A stretch of DNA of 60,577 nucleotides, the filler included, from Circinaria calcarea (Eukaryota): NCBI GenBank assembly GCA_051942165.1. It is 13 parts of 13 records of this genome, joined end to end, with 100 filler letters (N's around TTAATTAATTAA, not from the genome) between each part and the next. Parts side by side here need not be neighbours in the genome. Positions count along the whole stretch, not along the records: positions 46,698 to 51,259 come from JAVECS010002274.1; positions 51,360 to 55,918 come from JAVECS010002275.1; positions 56,019 to 60,577 come from JAVECS010002276.1; 10 more parts are not named here. One strand, 5' to 3'. Under the pieces are notes generated by a model, which saw nothing but the letters and a program-made list of their open reading frames with translations, had not been told where the DNA came from and ran no database searches. Position numbers and translations under genes: made by a program. Below are positions 49,593-60,577 of the stretch, piece by piece; the stretch's first letter is position 1, and each line of letters opens with the position of its first letter.

Positions 49593-50922
49593 ATGTTTGG
49601 CAAGACCTTGAAGGAAGTAGATTCGAAGCAAGAGGAAGAAAATGAGCAGAACCCCCCTGTGACCCCGGGAACGCCACTGCCACCAATCCGTCGAGATGAA
49701 GATGGCTTCTTCACCATACCAATCAATAGTAAGTGTCTACTCTTATCGGTATAGGTGTGCTTTGTTTTGCTGACTGACCCTCCCAGATACGATCATGCCT
49801 GATGTACCCACGCCCACTTATAACACTCCCAGCCCGTACCGAAGCCCTCCAACTGGTCACAGGAGCGGCGTACTATACCCACTAGGACCCTCACAGCCTG
49901 CACAAGGCTTGTTGGTACCCCCTCAGCCCGTTTTCGGCCAGTTGAGTCGCCGGCGATCAGCTTCACTAAGGGCGCTAGACGATCCATTTGTTGGCAATAG
50001 CACGACGCAGCAGCTGCCGGTGATAAGGTCCCCGTTTCATCAACTAACGCGGCGTTATAGTCCCGAAGGGCCCCTCAGCACTCCATCACGATGTGCCAAT
50101 GGAAATCTTGATTTCGGAGCATTTGACAATGATACCTCCAGCCAATATTCGAGGAGTGTTGGAGGAAGAGGCAGCAGCGTCGGTGACGTGTCGGACGCCG
50201 CCAGTATACAACGGGGACCTGGCCGCCGGGCCACCAGCAGCAACATGACCGGCCGAGGGCTAATGGAGGGATACGAGGACGAGGGAGCCCCTACGATTCT
50301 CCACCTAAATGCCAATATAATGGCACGTGGAGGGCAGCAGGGCACTACCGCGGCCTTTGGCGATTCCTCCAGCGCAAACCCCATCTATACGCCTCAGACA
50401 AGCCGTCAATCCAGGAGTGGGCCCTCGATATACTCTTCCTACGCCGATAACCTGAGCGATATTTCTCTGGAAGAGTTGGAACGCCACCGTACGCACTTGA
50501 TCGAGGCGGGCCTGCTGCCGGGGCCACCCCGCCCAACCCCTCCTCCTGCTCAGCAGCCACCAGTCGTCCCTGGTGAAGCCCTCCGACAGTGGCTCGACGC
50601 CCGTAATGCGGTCATCGCGCTTGCATCTGCCCGCGTAGAAGAGCCCCCGGTCCCGCTCCAGCTGGTGGCGCGTTTCCCTCGCAGACTCGGTCACGGCGTC
50701 GTCTTTTGGGTTTCCGTGGTGGTTTGTCTTTTGTTCCCCCCCGCGGGCTTAATTATCGGGTACGGCTACGGCGATCGCATCGCCAAGTTCTGTACTGGAG
50801 GCAGGCGTTCGGTGGGTTTTACGGCCAAGCAGAGGCGGCTGGCGAGGGGGGTGGGATTCGGCCTGACGGCCATGTATATTGTTTTGCTCGTTTGTATAGT
50901 AGTTTACCGTGGTGTTTTGTAG
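49593..50922 (+). CDS. Uncharacterised Ser/Pro-rich protein with two C-terminal TM helices (intron about 49728-49787)
   Basis: Long ORF 49795-50922 extended by an exon starting at ATG 49593 via GTAAGT...CTGAC...CAG; C-terminus VCLLFPPAGLIIGYG...FTAKQRRLA followed by a TM segment. Confidence 0.7.
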
Positions 50923-51976
50923 GCTGGGCAATCCTCTTCAGCCTCTGTTTTTCTTCTATAGCAAGGGCTCTTGCTGATGTGGGGACTTGTAGGGCGGAAT
51001 AATGAAGCATATTTACTGCAATGAAGGTCCTCTTGTGCTGTGATGTGATCAAAGTAATTGCAAAGTCGTAATTGTGAGAAAACCATCTGATCTTGAGGTT
51101 TGAGGCGTGGTGTAAGGCTGAAGCTAGCCGCCTTTAGCGAAATGCCTCCGAATCCTCTGCTGCCTTTTGGTGCTGTTAGGGAAATACTACTGACGGTCTC
51201 TACGTGTTACGATTGCTACTACTCCAATCTTCAAAGCTATGGAAAGGTACTCCAAATCANNNNNNNNNNNNNNNNNNNNNNNNNNNNNNNNNNNNNNNNN
51301 NNNTTAATTAATTAANNNNNNNNNNNNNNNNNNNNNNNNNNNNNNNNNNNNNNNNNNNNCCCCGGGAGCAGAGCGGAGGGGGGTTCGGGTTGTGAAAGAG
51401 TACGTATTGTGGCAAATAAAGGGGGGGGGGAAATACAAGTGACATACCGGAGGTACCTTACCAACTTTATGCCGGTAACCTGCATAAGTAAGAACCCGTA
51501 TAAGAACCCGCTTAAGAAGAGAGGGAACAAAAACACATCTGACTTAGAGGAAAACTTTAGACGCGGGGGATATTTTCTTTTTCTTTCTTGAGAATGATTT
51601 GGGTCTTTTTTTTCTCTTTCTTTGCGATCGAAAGGGTAAATAAGGTAGCAACTTTGGACTTTAGAAAAAAAACACGGTAATCTAACCGTAATCAGGTGAA
51701 ATAATTTTGGGGGAGATTCTCTCTCCAATGAAATTATCTTCCAGGTGCGTTTACAGCATAAAAGGTACTCCGTATTGCACACAAGTGAAACATAACCATG
51801 TCAACGCAGGGCTGGATTTATTCGTCGGAAGTACTCCGTATGCCAACTGAATGAGTTCTGAAACTTTAAGCAAACTTCGAACTCTAATGCTACCCTAACT
51901 AATCGAGGGTGGCCGTAGACTTCAGCCCGTGCGTTTACAGGATGAAGGTCTCCTTTCCCCCCCTTGCTTCCTCTTT

Positions 51977-53763
51977 TTAGAGAAAGTATCGATATCCAAC
52001 ATCCAAACCCCCTTTCCTCTCGATAATCTCTTCCGTCCCGCTGAGATCCTCTTCCGCCTTCCTCAGCTTGGTATTGTCGTATCGACAGGCCGCGTAATAA
52101 GCCACCGCCGCGAGCATGGAGACCGCGAGCAGGCTCATGGAAAGCTTGTAACCGAAGCGATATTCGGGTGCATCAGTCGCCAGGAATGAGAATGTCGCCA
52201 AAAGGCCCCCGGCATCGCCAATCCCGATGATGAATCCCGTTCCGACCGAGCGACGACGGTGACCTGAGAGGTTCATGGTTATCCAGCAGACAACCAAGGG
52301 AATGGCACACGAGAGTCCGATGGCGTAGAGGAAAACACAGCCGTATTGCACAGAGCGGGGAGTGTGAATCATGAACAAGAGGACGCAGCCGATGATGGCA
52401 ATGATGAAGCATGCCTGTACAAAGAGAAAGCGGTGCTCGGCTTTGTCGGATAAGTAGGCGATCAGTATGCTAGCGGCTAGAACGCAGACGGAAACTGGTA
52501 TCGCATGGAGTTGGGCTTGGATAGGGCCATAGCCGAAGGTGGCAATGATGGTTTGCAAGAAATAGGCGAGACCTGGAGGACAGTGGCCAAAATCAACGAT
52601 GGGAAATGTGAGATGCGGTTTGGAAGCTTACCATAAGAGGGTACCAGTAGACAGAAGTACATTATAGCTCCGATGAAGAGCTTGTAGTCCTTAAATACAT
52701 GCACCACGTCGGCGAGTGTGATTGGCTTCTCAATCTCTGATGACCCTTGGTCTGCCTTCAACTCAGCCCGAAGATAGGTTCTTTCTTCCTCAGACAACCA
52801 AGTGGCCGTTTCCGGGAAGTCCGAGACCATGAAGTAAGTGGCTAGTGCAAGTACACAAGTCAGTGATCCTTCGATGATAAAAAGCCATCTCCAGGCCCGG
52901 TAACCGCGGGCCCCATCTAGTTTCCCAATTGCACTGGCTAAAAGGCCGCGAGCACGCCGGCTATTGACGCGACGCAAGCGAAGAACGTGTATCGGCGCAA
53001 GGTTTCGGCTCTTTTATACCACATACTCATGGCGTAGAAACCTATGCAACATATTAAAATCATAACTCAATTTCGTCTAAGGACATGTCGCAGCTATACG
53101 GACATCCAGAAAAGACGCCGGCTTCTGTGAGCCCCAGGAGCACTCGTACTGCCAGTAGGCCAGCGAAGTTTTGAACTATCACATGTGAGAAATTTAGATT
53201 GATCCTTGAAGAGTAAGGCACGCACCCAGTCCTTGAAAAGTCGTCACCAGACCGAATAGTATCATGGATATCGGCACTGTATCAAGAGACGAACGTTAGC
53301 TTCAGCACAAAGACCAGAACCACATAGGACAAGGAACATAGGGCTCTCACAAAAGATCCGAGGTCTGATTTTCTTGATCAACACATTGGCGGGAATATTC
53401 AAGACGATATAGGCTGGAAAGAACATGGCTAGTGCCATATTCAACTGGTGGCCCTCTAGTTTCAAATCCTGGGGTAGGTAGAATATCAGGGCGGAACCGA
53501 TGTTTAGTCTTAATAGCAGAAGGCTGATATTAGTCTGGTTTGGGGATTGACACAGAGACACACCGCACTCACCGATCCAAGTAGGCCATGAAGTATATTA
53601 TGCCCAGTGCGAGCAATACATGTAAGTCGATTCTTGTCACAAGCCGGCGCTGATGAACACCTTGAGGAGAATCGACAGGATGTATACTGGATTCGATGTC
53701 ACCATTCTTATGATGGCTGGTTACCCCCACGGCGTCGTTCTCATGATGGCTGGTTACCCCCAT
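51977..53763 (-). pseudogene. MFS allantoate/nicotinate permease family (Dal5/Tna1-like) transporter with a 1-nt frameshift
   Basis: RIDLHVL...AYLDR, NIGSA, SMWYKR, AWRWLFIIEG, PDFPETATWLSEEER, GHRRRSVG, DAPEY, YRYFL*; the reading frame shifts near 52950 (GTG CTC GC GGC CTT TTA GCC). Confidence 0.75.
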
Positions 53764-56151
53764 AGCGTAGTTCTCTTTCGATACTGTTGCTTTCAGCCTT
53801 CGGAATCTTTCAAAGAATGAGAAGCTTCTCACCCTCGTCCATCATCTTTGGAGTCTGTAAATGTCTCCGGGATATGCTATGAATGACCGAGAATGCCTTG
53901 AATTAAAAGTGTTATGAGTGAATTCAAAGACGACACCTCGGCATAACTGTTGCGGGGGTTCGTCAAACCTTCCCCGCCTAGAAGGCAGTATGTGTATTAG
54001 GGTAGCAGCAGCTAGAGAAAAGCAAGTAGCTTGCACCTCACGACATTAACAAGAACTTACGGAACCAAGCAAAGAGCAAGGAAGGGGAGGTGGGAAGTTA
54101 ATGAATGGCATGGTCATACAACAACATGACGCTGATTGTACACGGTATACTGCATGACACTATACCGACTCTTTTTTTTATCAAGAAAAGGACTTGCCTC
54201 GGACAATTATGTAGACAATGCATGCGTATGAATTTGACTGGGTGCTAAGCACCAAGGTCTTTCGTGATACAGCATGATGTACTAAACGCTAATGAAATAC
54301 TCAGATAAGACGAATAGGGGGCCTGAATCCAGCTGTTTCAAACGGGTGCAGCAGTTCCATGCACTATCGTGATGCAAACGACACGATTAGCCGGCTTATG
54401 CTGACCGTGCCCCAACTTGAGCGATTGAGCAACATGCTGTTGATAGAGATGGCCTCGCAGTACGCTATCGGCTTAATTGCAAAGAGTAAATGTCATTGGT
54501 CCAGTTGGAGCCGAGGATGTGGAGAGTGAGGGGAATGGATGGGGGAAAAGTCAAAACAAAGAGGAGAAGGCCATACAACTGTTGTTGTCTGCATACACAA
54601 TACCTCCCCAATACTCTCCGAGGCTCTTTGGCACTTCCGATCACTGACGCGAGATCCGATCTTACAACAAGTGAGAAGCCTAGACGTCTCGTCAACCTCC
54701 CACGATAAATTGACCTCCTATGCTACTCTGCATAATGCCCACGCTATGCTTCCCAGCTAGTCAAATGCAATGCAGCCCTGATCTATCGGAGTGGTTCCCT
54801 TGCCTGTGCAAACACACCAGGTGCTCCAAGAGCCTTAAGCCAGGCCAAAACCTCGCGCAATAGTCAGATACATTCGAAATGAAGGCTAATGAGGGGATGT
54901 TTGGTCTGAGTTGGATCTTGGCCGAGGTCAGTTGTGCAAACTCAGATCGGGTTGACTGATGACGGTCAATGGCCAACAGAATCCGTAGCAACTCTCTTTG
55001 AACCAGAGAAACGGCATGAAGACGCACACCCCCCGGAAATTGGAATGTCCGGCATGAGACGGGAAGATTAGAAATCGAGCAACGAGGCGCTCATGCCTAA
55101 TCGGGCAGGTTTCCAGCCTACTCTTGAACGAAGAGGAGGTAGAACGCTCAGTTCTAGACCATTTCTCTAAGTTGGCTTACATAATGGCAGGAAATATCAG
55201 CCGACAGTTGTCTCAGAAACTCAGACTGCTTTTGCTTCGCTGCCGCGTATTTTTCGGAATGTCCATATATAGTTAGTAGATGCTAAAAATAGCGTGCGCG
55301 CGAAAGCGCAGTCTGAGGAATTCATCCAGCCTTTTTGGTGACGAGAGCGAACTTTTTGTATGAGAAGTCGTTTTTTGAAAATTGATCAATAACAGCATAA
55401 TGTATTAAAATTCTGAAAAGCGCATATTAAACAGCTTGATAAAAGCTAGAACTTGTCAGAGCGAATTATTTTTAAAGGGTTTCGCTGATTTTATACTATA
55501 GAATAAACATGTTGGAATCGCTACGAAATCGCCGAAAAAACGATGAAGTCCTATTTAAATTCGCGTTACACACGACTCTTCTATAAAAACACGCCATTTT
55601 CAAGCCCCTGTTATATACATATATCGCGATTATTAAGATAATCTGAAGAAGCCATTCTCCGGAGCGAATAAAATAATAAATATTGTCAGAGCGAAATCCT
55701 TTATTAATGCGTGGGGGACTTCCTATGAAAATCAGCGCAAAAAACATGAATTTTCACGTATTAAAAGTTCGCGATTCCCCATACATTTTGTGGATGAAAG
55801 TCTCAGACTTCTCTCGAAAAAGGTTTACATAATATCGGATCGGAAAAACCTTTTCTAGCGAAGCTAGTACGAAAGAAGTCTGAGGCCTCCGGAGCTTGCG
55901 GAGGTGGCACTGAGGCAANNNNNNNNNNNNNNNNNNNNNNNNNNNNNNNNNNNNNNNNNNNNTTAATTAATTAANNNNNNNNNNNNNNNNNNNNNNNNNN
56001 NNNNNNNNNNNNNNNNNNTCAACAACGTGATCTGCACATCGAAAATTTAGATATGAACGCTCGAAAAAGGCGTCCAAATCCACGCAAAAATCACTTTTAA
56101 AACCTCTGAATCCTTCACTGAGAAACAGGGGCTGAGGCCTCTGCGAGACAC

Positions 56152-59100
56152 TCATTGATTTTCCTCCTTCATGGCGGCAACGAGCCGCTCGATATCAACC
56201 ATCCCTAGCATCTTAATGAAATTCTGATGCTTCTGTGGTGGAAGGAGCTTAGTGAGACCATCTGCGGTCATTTGGGCAGTAGGGAGATATTGAACATCGA
56301 GGTAAGACACCTGCACACTCTGGCGCAGCCACAACTGGGCGACGTCAACGTGAAGAAGTCTAGTATTGATCTTGTCTGCCTCTGAGGTCAATACTCGAAT
56401 TGTTTGTAGATTGTCGTTGTAGATCGTGACTTTATGATCGTAGTCAAAACCTATTTTGTTAAACAACTTCATCCACCATATACATGCCTTTCCTGCATGC
56501 AGCAATGCGAGGAGTTCCGCCTCTGTCGTAGATGTTGATACCGTCGTTTGCTTGCGAGCAGCCCAATCGATACACCCACCAAAGAGTTTAAACGTATACC
56601 CTTCAGCGGAGCGTCGGTCAGGTCCGTTTGCAAAGCTGGCATCTGCGGTATTCTCGAACACATGAAGGTTTTCGTTTGGTACCTGGGCTGTGAGCTCTCC
56701 ACCCCCCGAGGCGGTATACTCAATGGCGAGGTATTTGGTAGCGGCGAGGTATCGTAAACAGTGATCCGCCGCGTCCTCATGCTCAGGCGCCGGGTTGATT
56801 AGGAATTCTGCCAACTTCGAGGCAGTTTTCGCGATGTCTGGACGCGTAATGTTCGCAGGGTAGCTGATTGAGCCTACCTTCTTGCGGTACATTCGCACTC
56901 TGTCTGGGTTCGTTTCGCCTTCATACTTTACCAGCTGTTCATTGGGTGGCAAAGGTGTTGACGGAGGTTTCGAACTGGTATCGATTTTGTAGTCCTTAAC
57001 GAGCTTATCGATGTAGCTGTCCTGGCACATATAGATACGGCTGGTTTCAGTATCATGAATGATGCGAATACCAAGGAAGTATTGTAGTTGGCCAAGGTCT
57101 CTGAATTCGTATATCTTCTTTAGCTTCCGAATCAGCTCTTCGACGTCCTGTTCTCTATGGACTGCGAAGATGAAGACAATGTCATCGACATAGAAGAACA
57201 ACAAAATTCCTTTCTGATCGGTGAACAAGCAGGGTTCTCCAGGCACTGGGTGGAGACCTAGCTTGGTCAGAGTAGTTGTTAACTCTTTCAACCATAGCAG
57301 CGGCGACTTCCTGAGGCCATATAGTGCTCGAAGAAGCAATAGGCACATTCCTTCCTGCGGGAAGCCATCTGGCATATAGCAATGCACCAGGCGATCCGTG
57401 AGGGCATTTAGGAATGCCTGAATAGCATCCAATTGTCGAGTTTTCAATCCGTAGGCACTCACCAAGGAAACCAAACACCGAAGGAGCTTGACAGCTAACG
57501 TAGCTGCATAGACATCCTCCGCGGAAAGCGGTTCCAGGTCACCACGAACTACCAGTCGAGCCTTATACTTCGTTAAGTATCCACTGGGGTCGAATTTGTA
57601 GTTGAACACCCACATCAGCGGCAACGGCTTGAATGTGTGATGTTTCGGAACGATTTTGAAGGTTCCTATCTCTATTAATGCCTTGTACTCGGCTTCCGCT
57701 GCTTCCTTGAACCCTGCATAGTGTGGATGTCGTTGCATTCCACGCCAGTGCTTTGGCGGTGGCGGAAGGTCGTTCCGGTGAAGACGTAAAGGTGGTGTTG
57801 CAATGACCGAGTTGGCATATGCTGCCCAAAACTCTGGTTCGTCATCTGCCACAGCTCTTTCATCCTCGATATTCATGGCCATAGTGGCATTTGCAAAAGG
57901 CGTCGCTGGCTTGCGTACGCGTTTTCCTTCGATAACGTCTGCTGGATCGAGGTTCGCAGTGCCTATGGACTTCGCTGGCTTTGGCTTTGGCATGCCTAGA
58001 GGGGTATCACCTGTCTCTGGCAGCCATTCGAGCTCTTTTTCGGTTGGCTGTGCGTCTTTACGCGGCCTTCCTCTTGGTCTTTTTACTATTTCCACTGTTT
58101 CTTCCTGAACAGGCGCCGGCTCTTTGCGTGGTCTTCCTCGCGGTCTCGGAGCTGGGGCACTAGGAGTGGAAGTGGGTGCAGCAACGTGCTGGCCATCTGG
58201 AGGCGGCGGTGTGCTGTCCGGTGTTGGTTGCTGGAACCGGAAAGGTGCCATTGGGCCCTTTAACGTTTCTAACGATCCTGCTGGTACTGGTAGAGGTGCT
58301 GATGTAGTCGTCGTAGGCGTTGCCCGATCACGAATTGAGGTTGACAACCATTCATCTTCCTCTTCGTCGAGATCTGGTACATACGGCTCAGTGGTATACA
58401 CCAACAGATCCACAAAGTTAGCTCTTTCTTTCTCTGTAATCAGATCTTCCTTCTGATACGTGTCATAAAAGCTTGTTTCGTCAAAGACGACGTCGCGGTA
58501 GCCACTAACTGTACCAGTCTCCGGGTTCCAAATACGGTAGATATTGGTAGAGTCGTAGCCCACGAGGTATCCAATGAACGCTCGTGGTTTCAGCTTAGCA
58601 CTTTTCGGTGGTGCACTCTTTCCTTTCAAGAGAGGGTATGCCTTACACCCATACACTTTGAGGTGAGCGATCTCCGATTTGTATGGCTTTGCGAGTGCCT
58701 TCTTCAACATCTCCTGCGGGGACTTCCAATTGAATCGTTTCGTTGGAACCCTATTCAGAAGATGGGCGGCAGCAAGGTAACACTCTGGATATAGATCTTC
58801 TGGTAAGTGCGCGCCAATACGGATCGATCTGGCCATCTGCGATAGCATACTGCCAGTGCGTTCGGCTGCACCATTCTGTTCCTTGGTGTCCTTGGCTGAC
58901 CATTCATAGGTGAGCCCTTGGCTCTGCACGAATTTCTGTATCTCGTTGCCGACGGACGTCTCTTGGTCCTGTCGAATGATCTGAACGGCAAATCTAGACT
59001 CGAAACCTTGTCGATCGCAGTGGTTGATAATGTGTTTCATAACACGCGAAAGGGTTTCTTGTTTATGGTCGGATAGTGGAAACACCCAATGATTGCTGGT

Positions 59101-60577
59101 ACACTCGTCATAGAAATGTGCAATACACGTTGTTCCATCCCATGCCACACCGGGTATAATCAGGTCCATACAGAGGCGTTCGAAGGGCCGAGTTGCACGC
59201 AGTGACGGTGTTTTCGAGACCAATTGGTGCATCTTCGACGTAGCACACGTCTGGCATTGAACCGTTTTCGGAGCATCTTTGCCTTCGAGCAATTCAATCT
59301 CGCCATTCTGAGCCAATTGCTTAATGACCTCCGGGTGACAATGACCCAGGCGTTGATGAAAGATCCATGGTGTTGCCTTGGGTATCGTGCCACTGGCCCT
59401 CGGTCCAACATAGTTGGCGTAGGCTGCGACATGCCCAATGGGGTTATATTCAACAACTGGCATTCCAATATGCTCATTAACTTCGAATATCGGCCTACCT
59501 TTATGCGTGACCTTATCAATGCTCATGTCCCAATGGAATCCTTCTCTTTTCAACTTCATGCCTGCAATCAACGTGCAATTCGCCTTTGGGGCGTAAGCTG
59601 TATTAGGGAACTTCAGGTCCACACGCCTGCCGTTGAGATGACCTTTGACTAGCATCGTACCACGACCTTCAATCAATAGCTCACCTCCAGGGCTGCTTAC
59701 CCATTCGAATTCAGGGCGAATCTCATCAATGAAGCGACTGGAGTCCCAGGTAAGGTGGTAAGTGGAACAAGGATCATACTGTACACTGTTTTTCAAGAGA
59801 TTCTCGCGTCTGTCTGGCGAAGAATTGTCCGATAGTGCTGAGGTGTTAGGCTGTGCCAGGGCCATACTAGCAAAAGCCCATGAACCACTGCCTTCACGCT
59901 CTCCATGCACCGAATTCGCTGACGCGGATAACTCCACAGCGTTGTCCTTATTGTTTTCTTTTGACTTTGACCTTCCTTGGAACCTCGTGTCTTCGAAAGA
60001 GATACCATCGAGGATATCGGTGTTGCAGAACTTCTTGATTGCAAAGTAAAATCGCGCATTCTTCTTAATTACCTCTCGAATAGCCTTCCGTTCACTGGGG
60101 ACACTCTTCCATCCAGAGGGTCTGACGTCCAGGTTGAGGTAAGGGTCTTCTTCGAATAAGTGGACCTGACCGCATACGCATGTTTTTCCTCTGTAACTGT
60201 CGCGTCGGTCGTTCTGTCCTTTCTGGTTATTCGACTGAGAGTTGTTATTATTTTGATTATTTTGGGGCTGTTGAACACCTTGCCATGTTGCTGCGTTCGC
60301 ACTAGCACCCTTCGACTTCGATTTGGTCATGAATCGTTCGACACCGGCACGGTATTCTCTTGTTGCCTCTCTGAACTCGAGTTCCTTGCCTGCGGCAGCT
60401 TTCCCTAGAGCCCACTGATCGCAAAAGTCAGGTGCGAAAGGCCTACCTGCTTTCAAGAAGTGCTCTGTGAATAGCTCCTCGTTGTACGTGGTATCGATGT
60501 TCATATACGCCATTTCATCACGAAGTGATTCCCATTCTTGAATCCACTGTTCGGTTTTTCCTTTCACCGGGTTGGAA
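56152..60577 (-). mobile_element. Ty1/copia LTR retrotransposon gag-pol, intact ORF, 5'-truncated
   Basis: More than 1470 aa in order Zn knuckle, protease (YDPCSTYH), HQRLGH...CQTC, integrase (QNGAAER, LKVYGC), RT (YKARLVVRG, ALYGLRKSP, YVDD), RNase H (ADASFA, STTEAEL, ADGLTK). Confidence 0.97.

Noticed and set aside
55200..55918. AT-rich, stop-riddled segment that looks like a RIPped element
   Set aside because: No recognisable domain or termini, so it cannot be classified.

Overview
The window is not one locus. It is 13 size-sorted contigs of about 4.56-4.58 kb, joined by 100-bp artificial spacers (N44-TTAATTAATTAA-N44), from a filamentous ascomycete (Pezizomycotina-type spliceosomal introns, code-4 mitochondrial genes). 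Neighbourhood arguments therefore hold only within a contig. Nuclear genes include GDE1 (with a 4-nt microexon), the NUF2, CDF-transporter, NAPE-PLD and PTH11-like 3' ends, a secreted FAD oxidoreductase, a DUF3431 protein and a membrane-anchored fucose-lectin-like protein. One mitochondrial contig is intact (nad1, cox2, an orphan ORF, partial atp6); another is decayed (cox1 fragment, degenerate tRNA-Cys). Mobile DNA includes an intact tyrosine-recombinase (DIRS/Ngaro-type) retrotransposon, an intact Ty1/copia gag-pol, a MULE-like MITE and a solo LTR nested inside another solo LTR. There are several pseudogenes, including a decaying myo-inositol/glucuronate catabolic cluster. The most notable candidates are a secreted CD38/ADP-ribosyl-cyclase-like NADase, a spliced Kex2-processed cystine-knot peptide missed by the ORF track, recoding-like junctions in the YR retrotransposon (in-frame UAG between gag and pol; AUGA overlap between pol and YR) and a same-orientation AAAAGTACC array upstream of a small membrane-protein gene. 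All family calls come from motif recognition by eye, not database searches.
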